This document shows, piece after piece, positions 63,345 through 64,000 of a stretch of 64,000 bases of DNA. The notes beneath the pieces are model-generated. The model was given only the letters and a program-made list of their open reading frames with translations. It was not told where the DNA came from and made no database searches. Positions within the stretch are counted from its first letter, which is position 1. Each line of letters starts with the position of its first letter. The stretch comes from Kondoa subrosea (Eukaryota). The stretch covers positions 310,001 to 374,000 of the forward strand of contig BCIN01000002.1 of NCBI GenBank assembly GCA_039545335.1, read 5' to 3'. Both the position numbers and the translations under genes were made by a program.

Positions 63345-64000
63345 GAACGCTCTGTCTCTTGTCTTGTATCAGTAATACACTTTTTCTATTGTTCAGTTAG
63401 TCTGGTAGTAACGTATTCTATCCTCTCCCACGCCTCTGTTGCCCCTACCGTGCGCATCACTTCTCTCTACTTGTATTGTTCCGAGACATTCGAACTTTGA
63501 AGTCTTTTTGGGATTCTTGCGCCTGGTAGTAGAAGCAGTACATGTTGTCAAGTCGATTACGTGGAAGAGAGATTAGGATACAGCACAGTAGGGTTACCCA
63601 TCATCGTGAACGGAGATCCGAGATTTGTATACGAGACTTTTAGGGTTCGCAATCAGATGAAGGAGACGTTTCTCTGTATAATGCTGTTCATAACTTGCTG
63701 GATGTCTTCAGACTCTTGCATGTTTTGGCATACTTTGCACCTTGCGTGCCTTCAATTTCATGTATCCATTGTCCTGAACAGCCATTCATATGAAGACTAA
63801 TCAATTCGCTTACCATGCCCGGGATGATACCTTCACCGTCTTAGGCGTACACATATCTGCCAATACAATCGTACAGCTTTTGCAGCGGCAGGAATGTAAG
63901 AGGAAGGAGAAATATAGCCGCTGCATGTTAGGTGAATACACACTCACAAGTCAAGACAAGGAGGTAGGTGTCGCAGTACTTTAGATGCCAGGCGGCCATA

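Noticed and set aside
63500..64000. Minus-strand splice-like signals suggesting the 3' end of another gene
   Set aside because: I could not assemble a convincing reading frame or motif within the window.

Overview
Gene-dense, intron-rich eukaryotic DNA with ~50-nt GT-AG introns and CTRAC/CTRAY branch sites, typical of a basidiomycete fungus; a Pucciniomycotina-like assignment is an inference from gene style only. About 27 protein-coding genes can be reconstructed. Most are conserved housekeeping or signalling genes: PKA catalytic subunit, PalB/Rim13 calpain, PUT1, MSE1, CHS7, MTC1, a Ksp1-like kinase, a Yap1/Pap1 bZIP, TRAPPC13, a Zn2Cys6 factor, PSF2, PPX1, Sre1/SREBP, a paraoxonase-like hydrolase, a methyltransferase and STI1. 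I saw no rRNA, tRNA, CRISPR array or transposon. The most unusual items are: (1) an intron-containing HoxX/HypX homologue (bacterial CO-generating formyltransferase-crotonase fusion) in an organism with no expected [NiFe]-hydrogenase; (2) a membrane MHYT-domain hybrid histidine kinase, a putative CO/O2/NO sensor, in the same window, suggesting a fungal CO make-and-sense system; (3) an orphan 515-aa His-rich gene built by an 870-bp tandem duplication that includes its introns and ends in a LANA/IL-33-type GMRLRSG motif; (4) a STI1 lacking TPR1-DP1; (5) five tandem short uORFs upstream of the Yap1-like gene. All exon models were inferred by eye and no database search was run.
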